Shown here in pieces: positions 1 through 6,704 of a DNA stretch of 64,000 bases. Source of the DNA: a virus. A model generated the notes under the pieces. That model saw nothing but the letters and a program-made list of their open reading frames with translations. It was not told the origin of the DNA and made no database searches. The stretch lies in IMG/VR virus record IMGVR_UViG_3300025133_009393; one strand, given 5' to 3'. Position 1 is the stretch's first letter. The number at the start of each line of letters is the position of its first letter. The translations under genes and the position numbers were made by a program.

Positions 1-168
1 GATAACCTCCATACAAGTCGATCCGAACCAATCACTAACAACTTCGTCAATAAAATAAACATGATAGGGAAACATCGAATTGATAAGAGTCTCTTGGTTG
101 GGTTCATACCCAATAATCATACCTAAAGAACCGTCACCCGTGTGACGAACCAAATCACCGACTTTCAC
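1..168 (-). CDS. MKVGDLV-family microprotein (KOW/SH3-like), runs off the window edge
   Basis: Manual translation from GTG at 168: MKVGDLVRHTGDGSLGMIIGYEP...WFGSTCMEVI; 14-nt overlap with the upstream stop. Confidence 0.8.
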   Translation of the reverse strand, partial: MKVGDLVRHTGDGSLGMIIGYEPNQETLINSMFPYHVYFIDEVVSDWFGSTCMEVI

Positions 169-340
169 TGATAACCTCGTAATCATTGGCATTTCTCCAG
201 CCGCGCACGTCCGACGTCGTAAACCATAGTTTCGACCCATCACCTCTCAGCGAACGGTCGGATACAACAACAACCAACTTTAGCAGCAAGGTCGACTTGT
301 GCTTGGCGTTCTTGTGTATAACCAAATCACCGACTTTCAT
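155..340 (-). CDS. MKVGDLV-family microprotein
   Basis: MKVGDLVIHK...YEVISESR; start moved to the ATG at 340 inside the junction motif. Confidence 0.8.
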   Translation of the reverse strand: MKVGDLVIHKNAKHKSTLLLKLVVVVSDRSLRGDGSKLWFTTSDVRGWRNANDYEVISESR

Positions 341-494
341 TGAGTATTTCCAACTGAGACTCCGGCCATTGTATTCGTTCGTCGCCACAAATAATTGTAT
401 ACCAACCGCGCCAAGCCTCCGACGAAGAAACTATTAAGCCGAGCCTCTCGCCAGAAAACGAACCAATCAGCTTAACAACATCACCGACTTTCAT
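327..494 (-). CDS. MKVGDLV-family microprotein (55 aa, not in ORF track)
   Basis: Manual translation MKVGDVVKLIGSFSGERLGLIV...QLEILNESR. Confidence 0.8.
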   Translation of the reverse strand: MKVGDVVKLIGSFSGERLGLIVSSSEAWRGWYTIICGDERIQWPESQLEILNESR

Positions 495-663
495 TTAGAG
501 GCTCCAAAAGCTCATGGTCAATAGGATAAAATCCGCTGTGCTGGGGGTTGCCGAACCAATGAATAATAGCATCGTCCCTAAGCCTGTCTTCTGGCATCTT
601 TAGGATAATACCAATATCTTTCGCGTGTGGGTGTGTCCACTTAACCAAGTCGCCTACTTTCAT
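481..663 (-). CDS. MKVGDLV-family microprotein
   Basis: MKVGDLVKW...GIIL...IHW...LNESR. Confidence 0.8.
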   Translation of the reverse strand: MKVGDLVKWTHPHAKDIGIILKMPEDRLRDDAIIHWFGNPQHSGFYPIDHELLEPLNESR

Positions 664-890
664 GCCTTAACCATAGGTACGGATTGTGAGGAGTAAAGAA
701 CTTCGATGTGTCTTCCGTTAACGTCTCGTCGATACGGGTCTGCGTTCGGACAGCTATTCCACTGAACATAATAGAATGGTCGGTAGTCCTTATCAAGTTG
801 CCCTCGATCGACTGCGACCAGAAGACCAACATCGCCCTCGTCAAAGGTATAAGTGTCTTCCGTTGCGATTACAATATCACCTGCTTTCAT
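660..890 (-). CDS. MKVGDLV-family microprotein
   Basis: MKAGDIV...GLLV...YYVQW. Confidence 0.75.
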   Translation of the reverse strand: MKAGDIVIATEDTYTFDEGDVGLLVAVDRGQLDKDYRPFYYVQWNSCPNADPYRRDVNGRHIEVLYSSQSVPMVKA

Positions 891-1065
891 CTAAAATCTC
901 CAACCAGTCAGCCCTCATCCAAGCGGGCTCGTATTCGTCAAACCAATGTATTTTGTAAGGGCAAGCGTTAGGGTTTGCCAACTGCGGCTTGCTTATCTCT
1001 ATTATAATCCCCATTCCGGCTGGGTAAAGGGCATGAATGTTTTTTACCAAGTCACCGACTTTCAC
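877..1065 (-). CDS. MKVGDLV-family microprotein
   Basis: MKVGDLVK...GIII...YKIHW...LEILDESR. Confidence 0.8.
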   Translation of the reverse strand: MKVGDLVKNIHALYPAGMGIIIEISKPQLANPNACPYKIHWFDEYEPAWMRADWLEILDESR

Positions 1066-1246
1066 TTACAACCTCGATAAATCTCTCAGCCATTGGCCCT
1101 CCATAGTGGAAGTTCGCAGATGGAAGCGGGTGCAAGTCCCAATAGGCTACTCGTCCAACATAATCGTCTTCCATATCTGCTCTCCCAATGATAATATAGT
1201 AACCAATCTTCGCTGGTAAAACTTGAACTAAGTCACCGACTTTCAA
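1052..1246 (-). CDS. MKVGDLV-family microprotein (TTG start)
   Basis: MKVGDLVQV...IEVVSESR; GAGGAG upstream. Confidence 0.8.
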   Translation of the reverse strand: MKVGDLVQVLPAKIGYYIIIGRADMEDDYVGRVAYWDLHPLPSANFHYGGPMAERFIEVVSESR

Positions 1247-1421
1247 AGTAACTCCTCAATACCAACTCAAGTTGGTTATGTACCAGAACCTCAATGATTT
1301 TAGCTTCTTCTTCATCTATGTCCAGCCTGAATGGCAAATCCACCTTAGCAGTTATACCGTCTTCGCTGACTCCGATATGAAACCATGCGCCACTTGTTAA
1401 GCATTTCGTTGAGTTAGCCAC
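1233..1421 (-). CDS. hypothetical protein, non-family body with ESR junction tail
   Basis: 62-aa ORF that overlaps both neighbours. Confidence 0.6.
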   Translation of the reverse strand: MANSTKCLTSGAWFHIGVSEDGITAKVDLPFRLDIDEEEAKIIEVLVHNQLELVLRSYFESR

Positions 1422-1713
1422 TAACTTCTTCTAGTACGATTTTGTCTTTGAAACCGCCGCGTTGCAGCTTTTTGGCCGATGCGCGGTTGGCGACTGTCTC
1501 GATATTCATATCGTGCAGAGTACATATTGATAAGAAAACTTCATATATATCAGCAGCTTCCTCTTCACACGGCGTCTCGATGAACTCGGCTATTTCTTCG
1601 CATAGCTTTTCATACAGACGAGTCTTGTATTCATCGTCTTTGGCTATGTGGATCACACACTCTCTGCCGCTTTCTCTAATGATTTCAGGGATTTTGTCTC
1701 TAACTAGCTTCAT
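1414..1713 (-). CDS. MazG-like/PRA-PH nucleotide pyrophosphohydrolase
   Basis: KLVRDKIPEII, EEIAEF...EEAADIYEV and RGGF motifs. Confidence 0.85.
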   Translation of the reverse strand: MKLVRDKIPEIIRESGRECVIHIAKDDEYKTRLYEKLCEEIAEFIETPCEEEAADIYEVFLSICTLHDMNIETVANRASAKKLQRGGFKDKIVLEEVSG

Positions 1714-1900
1714 TGACTACCTCCAAAATGGATAGCTGATAGTTGCCAGGCGCCGTGTATTTGCAAGCCCATTCGATGTAGGCAGCACCGCGTTCTGGCT
1801 GTGACGGATGCGGTGATTCGGGCAAGTCGACTATTCTTAATACAATGCCATGAGGGCTACTCATGTGGTTCCTAAACCTTACTAGGTCACCGATTTTCAT
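1700..1900 (-). CDS. MKVGDLV-family microprotein
   Basis: MKIGDLVRF...GIVL...IEW...LEVVNEAS. Confidence 0.8.
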   Translation of the reverse strand: MKIGDLVRFRNHMSSPHGIVLRIVDLPESPHPSQPERGAAYIEWACKYTAPGNYQLSILEVVNEAS

Positions 1901-2060
1901 AGTGATATTCCACATCGTCAGATTCTATTCCGTCGATTTCCCCATCAGACCACAAACATTCGAGCCAAAAGTTATTTGGCGAGATTCCGTTATATACTTC
2001 CGAAACATCTAAAATGATAGCAAACTCGCCACCACACTTTATCAGGTCACCTGTCTTCAT
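1887..2060 (-). CDS. MKVGDLV-family microprotein (57 aa, not in ORF track)
   Basis: Manual translation MKTGDLIKCGGEFAIIL...CLWSDGE...YENR. Confidence 0.75.
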   Translation of the reverse strand: MKTGDLIKCGGEFAIILDVSEVYNGISPNNFWLECLWSDGEIDGIESDDVEYHYENR

Positions 2061-2255
2061 TTACAATCCCGGGTCTTCAATCGAGCTAACGAGCCTGATC
2101 TCTGAGTATTTGACATTGCGTGTTGCTCCGTCTTTCAAACCTAGCAGCTTGTACGTTCTTTCGCTAAAGCCGCGACTATCTCTTGGTAGTTGCTCTAAAA
2201 CGATGTAATAACGCTTACTTTCATATAGAACGGTAACTAGATCACCTATCCTCAC
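2061..2255 (-). CDS. MKVGDLV-family microprotein
   Basis: MRIGDLVTV... Confidence 0.75.
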   Translation of the reverse strand: MRIGDLVTVLYESKRYYIVLEQLPRDSRGFSERTYKLLGLKDGATRNVKYSEIRLVSSIEDPGL

Positions 2256-2476
2256 GCCCTACTCATTATCCAAAACATATTTCTGGCGCTGCTAAAATCC
2301 TTTGAACTCCACGGGTCAGTAAGTGTCCTGCCGCTACTCCATGCCACTTCTACCATGCATGAGTCATCCGAGATATCGCTATAACGATGATAGGTCGACA
2401 CTACGACACCAACATCACCGTCAGAACATCCAACAATATCACCTACTTTTGGTTCGTTAAGGTCGCAAGGGGGCAT
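2252..2476 (-). CDS. KVGD-family microprotein
   Basis: [15 protein letters not shown]...GVVV...VEVAW; start moved to limit overlap with the GIY-YIG gene. Confidence 0.65.
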   Translation of the reverse strand: MPPCDLNEPKVGDIVGCSDGDVGVVVSTYHRYSDISDDSCMVEVAWSSGRTLTDPWSSKDFSSARNMFWIMSRA

Positions 2477-2717
2477 TGATAGTTTCCTCTTTTTGTTTTC
2501 TAGTGAGGGACTTAAACTTTCTCTCGGCGCGAAGGGCCTCTCCATGTAGAGAGAATCCTTCAACATAGATGAGCTGAACGGGTCTTCTGGCGCGAGTGTA
2601 TTTAGCGCCTCTCTTCGTTTTGTTATGCTCATGCAGTCGTCGTTTTGTATCTGTCGTTATACCTGTATAGTAAGTACCGTCTGCACAAAGTAAAACATAA
2701 AGATACCATTCTTTCAT
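2457..2717 (-). CDS. stand-alone GIY-YIG nuclease (UPF0213/YhbQ-like)
   Basis: [29 protein letters not shown] and A..AE..FK motifs. Confidence 0.9.
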   Translation of the reverse strand: MKEWYLYVLLCADGTYYTGITTDTKRRLHEHNKTKRGAKYTRARRPVQLIYVEGFSLHGEALRAERKFKSLTRKQKEETINAPLRP

Positions 2718-2911
2718 CTTGGCGCGTCACTCACCAATAGCAGTTCATCTTCTTTCCACCATTCCGGCGCTTCTTCCCAATGAACCTCGTAATATACTAT
2801 CCCATATTCATCTTCGTAGGTGTCAAGTATCACACCATATTTATAACCCTCTATATTGAGGATCGATTTATAAACCGAAGAGCAAGGCTTTACTATGTCT
2901 CCTACTTTCAT
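2714..2911 (-). CDS. MKVGDLV-family microprotein
   Basis: MKVGDIVK...GVIL...YEVHW...LLLVS. Confidence 0.8.
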   Translation of the reverse strand: MKVGDIVKPCSSVYKSILNIEGYKYGVILDTYEDEYGIVYYEVHWEEAPEWWKEDELLLVSDAPR

Positions 2912-2921
2912 TACTGATGAA

Positions 2922-2949
2922 AATATAGACACAACTTAGGCATGGTTAA
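2922..2949 (-). promoter_or_regulatory. sigma70-like promoter
   Basis: TTAACC-N16-TATATT ahead of the first microgene run. Confidence 0.5.
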
Positions 2950-3130
2950 GTATTTTAATACCGCCGCCCTTTGTCACGGCAGCAGTTTCTATCCCGTCCT
3001 CTGAAACTACTTGGCAAGGCGTCAAAAAGAATATCCTAGCAGTCTCAGCGCACTCTTCGATTGTGTTACAAGTTATCTTGCGTACATCTGACATGTCTGT
3101 GTCTGGCGTCACAATATATGTTTTCGTCAC
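2936..3130 (-). CDS. hypothetical protein
   Basis: ORF with AGGAG RBS. Confidence 0.6.
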   Translation of the reverse strand: MTKTYIVTPDTDMSDVRKITCNTIEECAETARIFFLTPCQVVSEDGIETAAVTKGGGIKILNHA

Positions 3131-3139
3131 TCTGAACTC

Positions 3140-3424
3140 CTATTCTGCATGGCTAACGAGCATTATTTCCCAATTTTCACGTACTTGGACGCGCGGCGTG
3201 GGAGACGGGTCGACCCATTTTTTGCGCGGAACAGTGTGCGCGGGGCCGAGCCAATGAACTGTCACGTCATAGCGCTCTTTCTTTTTTTGACACAAGAGCT
3301 TGGCTGTGTGCTCCTCTCGAATATGCTGTTTTGAAAGCACAATGCCCTGAACCTTAGAGTTGGGATGCCAAGCCTCGCGGACGATTGATCCCGGCTTCAG
3401 CTTTCTAGCGTCCTTCATATTCAT
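3140..3424 (-). CDS. hypothetical protein, possibly KOW/SH3-like
   Basis: KLKPGSIV...GIVL...YDVTVHW pattern resembles the microprotein family. Confidence 0.6.
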   Translation of the reverse strand: MNMKDARKLKPGSIVREAWHPNSKVQGIVLSKQHIREEHTAKLLCQKKKERYDVTVHWLGPAHTVPRKKWVDPSPTPRVQVRENWEIMLVSHAE

Positions 3425-3717
3425 CGTGCAATCCACCGTTCCTTCGATTGTGAATAATCATCTTCTGTGCGGCGTCGTTTTTCTGCGTTCGCGCTCATTT
3501 GGCTAGTCGTTAGTGGCTCTTTATCCGCCTCGTAGATAGCTTTTTCGGCCTGATATACTGCCTCGGACAACTGCTTTCGCTTGTTATTATTAAATGCGAC
3601 TTCTACCCTCTCCAGATTTTCAGGCCCAGTTGGGTCTGACATACTGAGGACGCGAGAAGAAACCTCTAAAAATGCCTCGACTGTCTCGCGAGGAAGCGTA
3701 ATTGTTTCATCCATCAA
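3421..3717 (-). CDS. hypothetical protein
   Basis: 98-aa ORF, GGAGG RBS. Confidence 0.6.
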   Translation of the reverse strand: MMDETITLPRETVEAFLEVSSRVLSMSDPTGPENLERVEVAFNNNKRKQLSEAVYQAEKAIYEADKEPLTTSQMSANAEKRRRTEDDYSQSKERWIAR

Positions 3718-3728
3718 AACCTCCGTGA

Positions 3729-3756
3729 AAGAACAGTAGGAACAAAGTCCTGCTAG
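3729..3756 (-). terminator. probable intrinsic terminator
   Basis: TAGCAGGA-loop-TCCTACTG followed by TTCTTT. Confidence 0.4.
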
Positions 3757-3764
3757 TAAAGCGA

Positions 3765-4547
3765 TTATTCATCGTAAACGGTACCATGGTAATCATACGG
3801 TCGACTATCATCAAACTCTCCGCTTTCTTTCGCGGCTCGAAGGGCCGACTCGATCGTTAAAAAGTCTTCGGGGGGATTCGACTCTACTGGCGAAACAATC
3901 TCGAAACATCGCCTTTCGAAACGAACAGATACTTCACGATTGTTAATGTTTGAAACACTTGACGGTAACAGAGTACCATACGTTCTTCCGGCAGGGTAAT
4001 GCTCAGTCGATTCAAAAGAGCGAGTGCGTACGATATCGTTGTAATGATTGGGGCTTTCAACAGCCACATTGTGGGTAAACGAACCCCAAAAAATACTCTC
4101 TACCATTGTAAGAACCTTAGAATCACCCCAAGGATCTGTTCGATACCCCAAAGCGCCGAGACCAAAGCCAACTTCCGTCATATTTTCGACGAACTTCTCG
4201 CGGGCCATAACGCACTTGACCGCATACTTATTCATATCGCCCTTACGAAAACTACAGGTTCTACGAGTGTGACCCTCATCTTTGCAGTAAGAGCACTTGC
4301 GATTCTTGCCGCGATTTGCAGTCTTATTAAGTTCGGCCTTGTGACGCTCAAGATTTCGCTTGGCGTAGTTACGCTCCCAATCGTCGGTGAAGTTATCTTC
4401 TGCGAGTTGCTGCTCATATCCAGCAATCTGATCTAAATGACTCTGCTTCTTTATTTTGCAGGAACTCTTGTTGTGACCAGTCTCGTAGCAGTGTCCACAT
4501 CGAACAGAGCGCTTGTAGTTTCCATTCTCATCCATATGATACGACAT
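3765..4547 (-). CDS. protein with two CCHC zinc knuckles
   Basis: CGHCYETGHNKSSC and CSYCKDEGHTRRTC (CX2CX4HX4C twice). Confidence 0.75.
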   Translation of the reverse strand: MSYHMDENGNYKRSVRCGHCYETGHNKSSCKIKKQSHLDQIAGYEQQLAEDNFTDDWERNYAKRNLERHKAELNKTANRGKNRKCSYCKDEGHTRRTCSFRKGDMNKYAVKCVMAREKFVENMTEVGFGLGALGYRTDPWGDSKVLTMVESIFWGSFTHNVAVESPNHYNDIVRTRSFESTEHYPAGRTYGTLLPSSVSNINNREVSVRFERRCFEIVSPVESNPPEDFLTIESALRAAKESGEFDDSRPYDYHGTVYDE

Positions 4548-4578
4548 TTTGATTCTCCGTTGTGTCGTTTACGTTATA

Positions 4579-4606
4579 ACTATAGTTACGCATCTTGAAT
4601 AGACAA
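4579..4606 (-). promoter_or_regulatory. sigma70-like promoter
   Basis: TTGTCT-N16-TATAGT. Confidence 0.55.
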
Positions 4607-5059
4607 GAGCGCATCCAACATATTTACAGCTTTTGCTTTACGTCCATCGTTTCCGACTGGATATACCCAACACCTAGACCCGTACGGGGAGTATATACTT
4701 GTTCCATCTTCAGAAAGAGCCCCTAAAACTTGAGTCATTTCCACGTCTTCGAGGATATAATCATCCTCATCTTCACCTTGCCGGTAAGCAACGCCAGCTT
4801 CTATCAACAGAATCATCATGTATTCGGTCAACTGTACGCCTTCGATTGGCGAGTCCATATGACACACTTCTGCGAAGTATTCATGACAACTGTTATCCTC
4901 GATGCGCGCAGACAACTCTACATAGCCGCTATCAAGCTCTTCGAAGGCATAACCAACGCCATTAGTATACCAGTCCAGAAAACTATCGGTAAAACATTCG
5001 ACTACTTTGGTATAGATATCCTTTCCGTATTTAGGTTTGAAAATCCAAGATTCCATCAT
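4586..5059 (-). CDS. hypothetical acidic protein
   Basis: 157-aa ORF with GAGG RBS. Confidence 0.65.
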   Translation of the reverse strand: MMESWIFKPKYGKDIYTKVVECFTDSFLDWYTNGVGYAFEELDSGYVELSARIEDNSCHEYFAEVCHMDSPIEGVQLTEYMMILLIEAGVAYRQGEDEDDYILEDVEMTQVLGALSEDGTSIYSPYGSRCWVYPVGNDGRKAKAVNMLDALLSIQDA

Positions 5060-5090
5060 TTTTCCTCGCTGTGGGATTTGATTTCTATAG

Positions 5091-5164
5091 TGGACCCTCT
5101 CGGACTTGAACCGAGGACTTCCCCGTTATGAGCGGGGGGCTCTAACCAACTGAGCTAAAGGTCC
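5091..5164 (-). tRNA. tRNA-CAT, most likely Ile2 (lysidine type); no encoded CCA
   Basis: Cloverleaf GGACCTTTAGCTCAGTTGGTTAGAGC...CTCATAA...GGTTCAAGTCC...GGGTCCA; acceptor stem resembles bacterial tRNA-Ile2. Confidence 0.85.
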
Positions 5165-5169
5165 GTGTG

Positions 5170-5246
5170 TGGTTGGCCCAACGGGACTTGAACCCGTGAC
5201 ACCCACTTTATAAGAATGGCGCTCTAACCTACTGAGCTATGGGCCA
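5170..5246 (-). tRNA. tRNA-Ile(TAT)
   Basis: Cloverleaf with anticodon arm CCATT-CTTATAA-AGTGG, T-loop TTCAAGT and an ACCA end. Confidence 0.9.
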
Positions 5247-5265
5247 GCAATCTGCTTACGTCTCA

Positions 5266-5293
5266 ACCATAGGAACGGTTTCTTCATAGTCAA
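5266..5293 (-). promoter_or_regulatory. sigma70-like promoter for the tRNA-Ile pair
   Basis: TTGACT-N16-TATGGT. Confidence 0.55.
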
Positions 5294-5472
5294 GCCTCAG
5301 AAACAAGAATAAGCGTTTCTTCTCGTCTAGGGAGATCTTCACCCTCCAGCACATATAAAGTAGTGGCCTTTCCGGCTCTCTCACTTTGGACAACCTTAAC
5401 AATCATCTTTGGAGGAAATATTTCCCTGTAATTCGAATAACTTGAAGGTATCACTAGATCACCCAGCTTCAT
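5290..5472 (-). CDS. MKVGDLV-family microprotein
   Basis: MKLGDLVI...LILVSEA. Confidence 0.75.
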   Translation of the reverse strand: MKLGDLVIPSSYSNYREIFPPKMIVKVVQSERAGKATTLYVLEGEDLPRREETLILVSEA

Positions 5473-5551
5473 TCAAGATCTCTAGCCAATCGTCGAGCAT
5501 ACATTCCTTCTCGCCGTCATGGTGGTCTTGAACCAGATCACCGACCTTCAC
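5459..5551 (-). CDS. internally shortened MKVGDLV-family cassette (30 aa)
   Basis: MKVGDLVQDHHDGEKECMLDDWLEILNEAG; both junctions intact. Confidence 0.6.
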   Translation of the reverse strand: MKVGDLVQDHHDGEKECMLDDWLEILNEAG

Positions 5552-5729
5552 TGACGACCTCTAAATCATTGATATTAAATGTGTGTTCAGCATCGAAAAC
5601 TGCCTTAACAAAAATAAAGTCGACCGCATCAGCCGGATATATATGTGTGACTACGCCTATCGTGTCTTCGTATGGTCGACCCTTACGAGTCTTTCGCATA
5701 GATAGCCTCACCAAATCACCGACTTTCAT
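5538..5729 (-). CDS. MKVGDLV-family microprotein
   Basis: MKVGDLVRL...LEVVSEGR; start moved to 5729. Confidence 0.8.
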   Translation of the reverse strand: MKVGDLVRLSMRKTRKGRPYEDTIGVVTHIYPADAVDFIFVKAVFDAEHTFNINDLEVVSEGR

Positions 5730-5904
5730 TGTTACACTTTCCCAGTCGACGCATACGGCATCCACACCGATTGTCAATCCACCGTTCGATTGTATTCCCA
5801 ATGACTTCCATTACAGCCCTGAAGTCCTCTTCGTCATCCAGGGAACGAGCATCGCACTTCTGTGCGAGCATGTGTTCGATTTCTTTTACAAGTTCATGCT
5901 TCAC
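5716..5904 (-). CDS. hypothetical helical protein with ESR junction tail
   Basis: MKHELVKEIE...CNNESR from a GTG that overlaps the upstream stop. Confidence 0.55.
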   Translation of the reverse strand: MKHELVKEIEHMLAQKCDARSLDDEEDFRAVMEVIGNTIERWIDNRCGCRMRRLGKCNNESR

Positions 5905-6079
5905 TGAGCAACTCCAGTTCATGTGTTCCGTGAAAAGAAAAATCATCGATCCACTGTATTCTGTGAGAAACAAATCCCTCTTCGGGGTAGTCAGTTATAG
6001 ATGTAATAACGCCATGGCCATAGTAAACACCTTTTATCTGGTATTCCTCTTTGAGCAGGACGATATCACCGACTTTCAC
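5894..6079 (-). CDS. MKVGDLV-family microprotein
   Basis: MKVGDIVL...GVI...IQW...LELLSEA. Confidence 0.8.
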   Translation of the reverse strand: MKVGDIVLLKEEYQIKGVYYGHGVITSITDYPEEGFVSHRIQWIDDFSFHGTHELELLSEA

Positions 6080-6260
6080 TGATTTTTTCCACGCATGTTA
6101 AGGGCGTCCAAGATTCTTGAGGACCATACTCGTCATTAAACCAAAATATCCAAGCACCATCGTTGGTACTCATACTTTCCAATCTAAGCACAATTCCTAT
6201 ATGGCCGACAAGATAGCAGCGCTTTGGATCAGACCATCTCGCTAGGTCGCCAACTTTCAT
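6066..6260 (-). CDS. MKVGDLV-family microprotein
   Basis: MKVGDLARW...GIVL...IFW...VEKISESR. Confidence 0.8.
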   Translation of the reverse strand: MKVGDLARWSDPKRCYLVGHIGIVLRLESMSTNDGAWIFWFNDEYGPQESWTPLTCVEKISESR

Positions 6261-6266
6261 AATTGG

Positions 6267-6294
6267 AATATAAGCACGCAAAATAAAAAGTTAA
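6267..6294 (-). promoter_or_regulatory. sigma70-like promoter, probably giving a leaderless transcript
   Basis: TTAACT-N16-TATATT, 6 nt before the ATG at 6260. Confidence 0.55.
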
Positions 6295-6464
6295 GCATTT
6301 TTTAACGATTCGGAAGCCTCGACAACCAGTTGTCTTATCTTATCAATCCTATCGTTTAGCTTTTCTTCGCTTTCAGTCTTTATTGCGGTCTTCAGAAGAT
6401 AAAGCTGTTTGAGCGACTCTTCTAGTTTCTTTTCGTTTGGATTTGGAACATAAATCCTGGGCAC
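6291..6464 (-). CDS. small coiled-coil protein (57 aa)
   Basis: Manual translation MPRIYVPNPNEKKLEESLKQL...; GGAG RBS. Confidence 0.55.
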   Translation of the reverse strand: MPRIYVPNPNEKKLEESLKQLYLLKTAIKTESEEKLNDRIDKIRQLVVEASESLKNA

Positions 6465-6685
6465 TATTTATCTCTCCTTGTCTTTTGCTTTGTTAACAAT
6501 GTCATATTGTTTTCTTGCAAAAGTAAATTCTCAGACAGCATGCTCCGAAGTTCTTTTGAAAGACGTTCCAGTAAACTCATGGCATCGATGTCTAAAACGA
6601 AAACATTCTTGCTCTTCATTCGAGTAATTTTATGCCTTGCTTCGTTTATCAGTTGAAGTCGTTCGTGAAATTTTTGATTTTTCAT
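6464..6685 (-). CDS. hypothetical coiled-coil protein
   Basis: 73-aa ORF with GGAG RBS. Confidence 0.55.
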   Translation of the reverse strand: MKNQKFHERLQLINEARHKITRMKSKNVFVLDIDAMSLLERLSKELRSMLSENLLLQENNMTLLTKQKTRRDK

Positions 6686-6704
6686 CGCGCGAACTCCCGG
6701 GTGT

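Larger units (their letters stand above)
155..6079 (-). repeat. dispersed gene-junction repeat (R)TGAAAGTCGGTGA
   Basis: Exact 13-mer (+ strand tcaccgactttca) starting at 155, 327, 481, 1052, 1233, 5716 and 6066; variants at 877, 1887, 5459 and 5538. Confidence 0.9.

Noticed and set aside
155-6079. CRISPR array or attC-type integron
   Set aside because: Repeats are 13-14 nt, non-palindromic, coding and separated by whole genes; no cas or integrase gene is in the window
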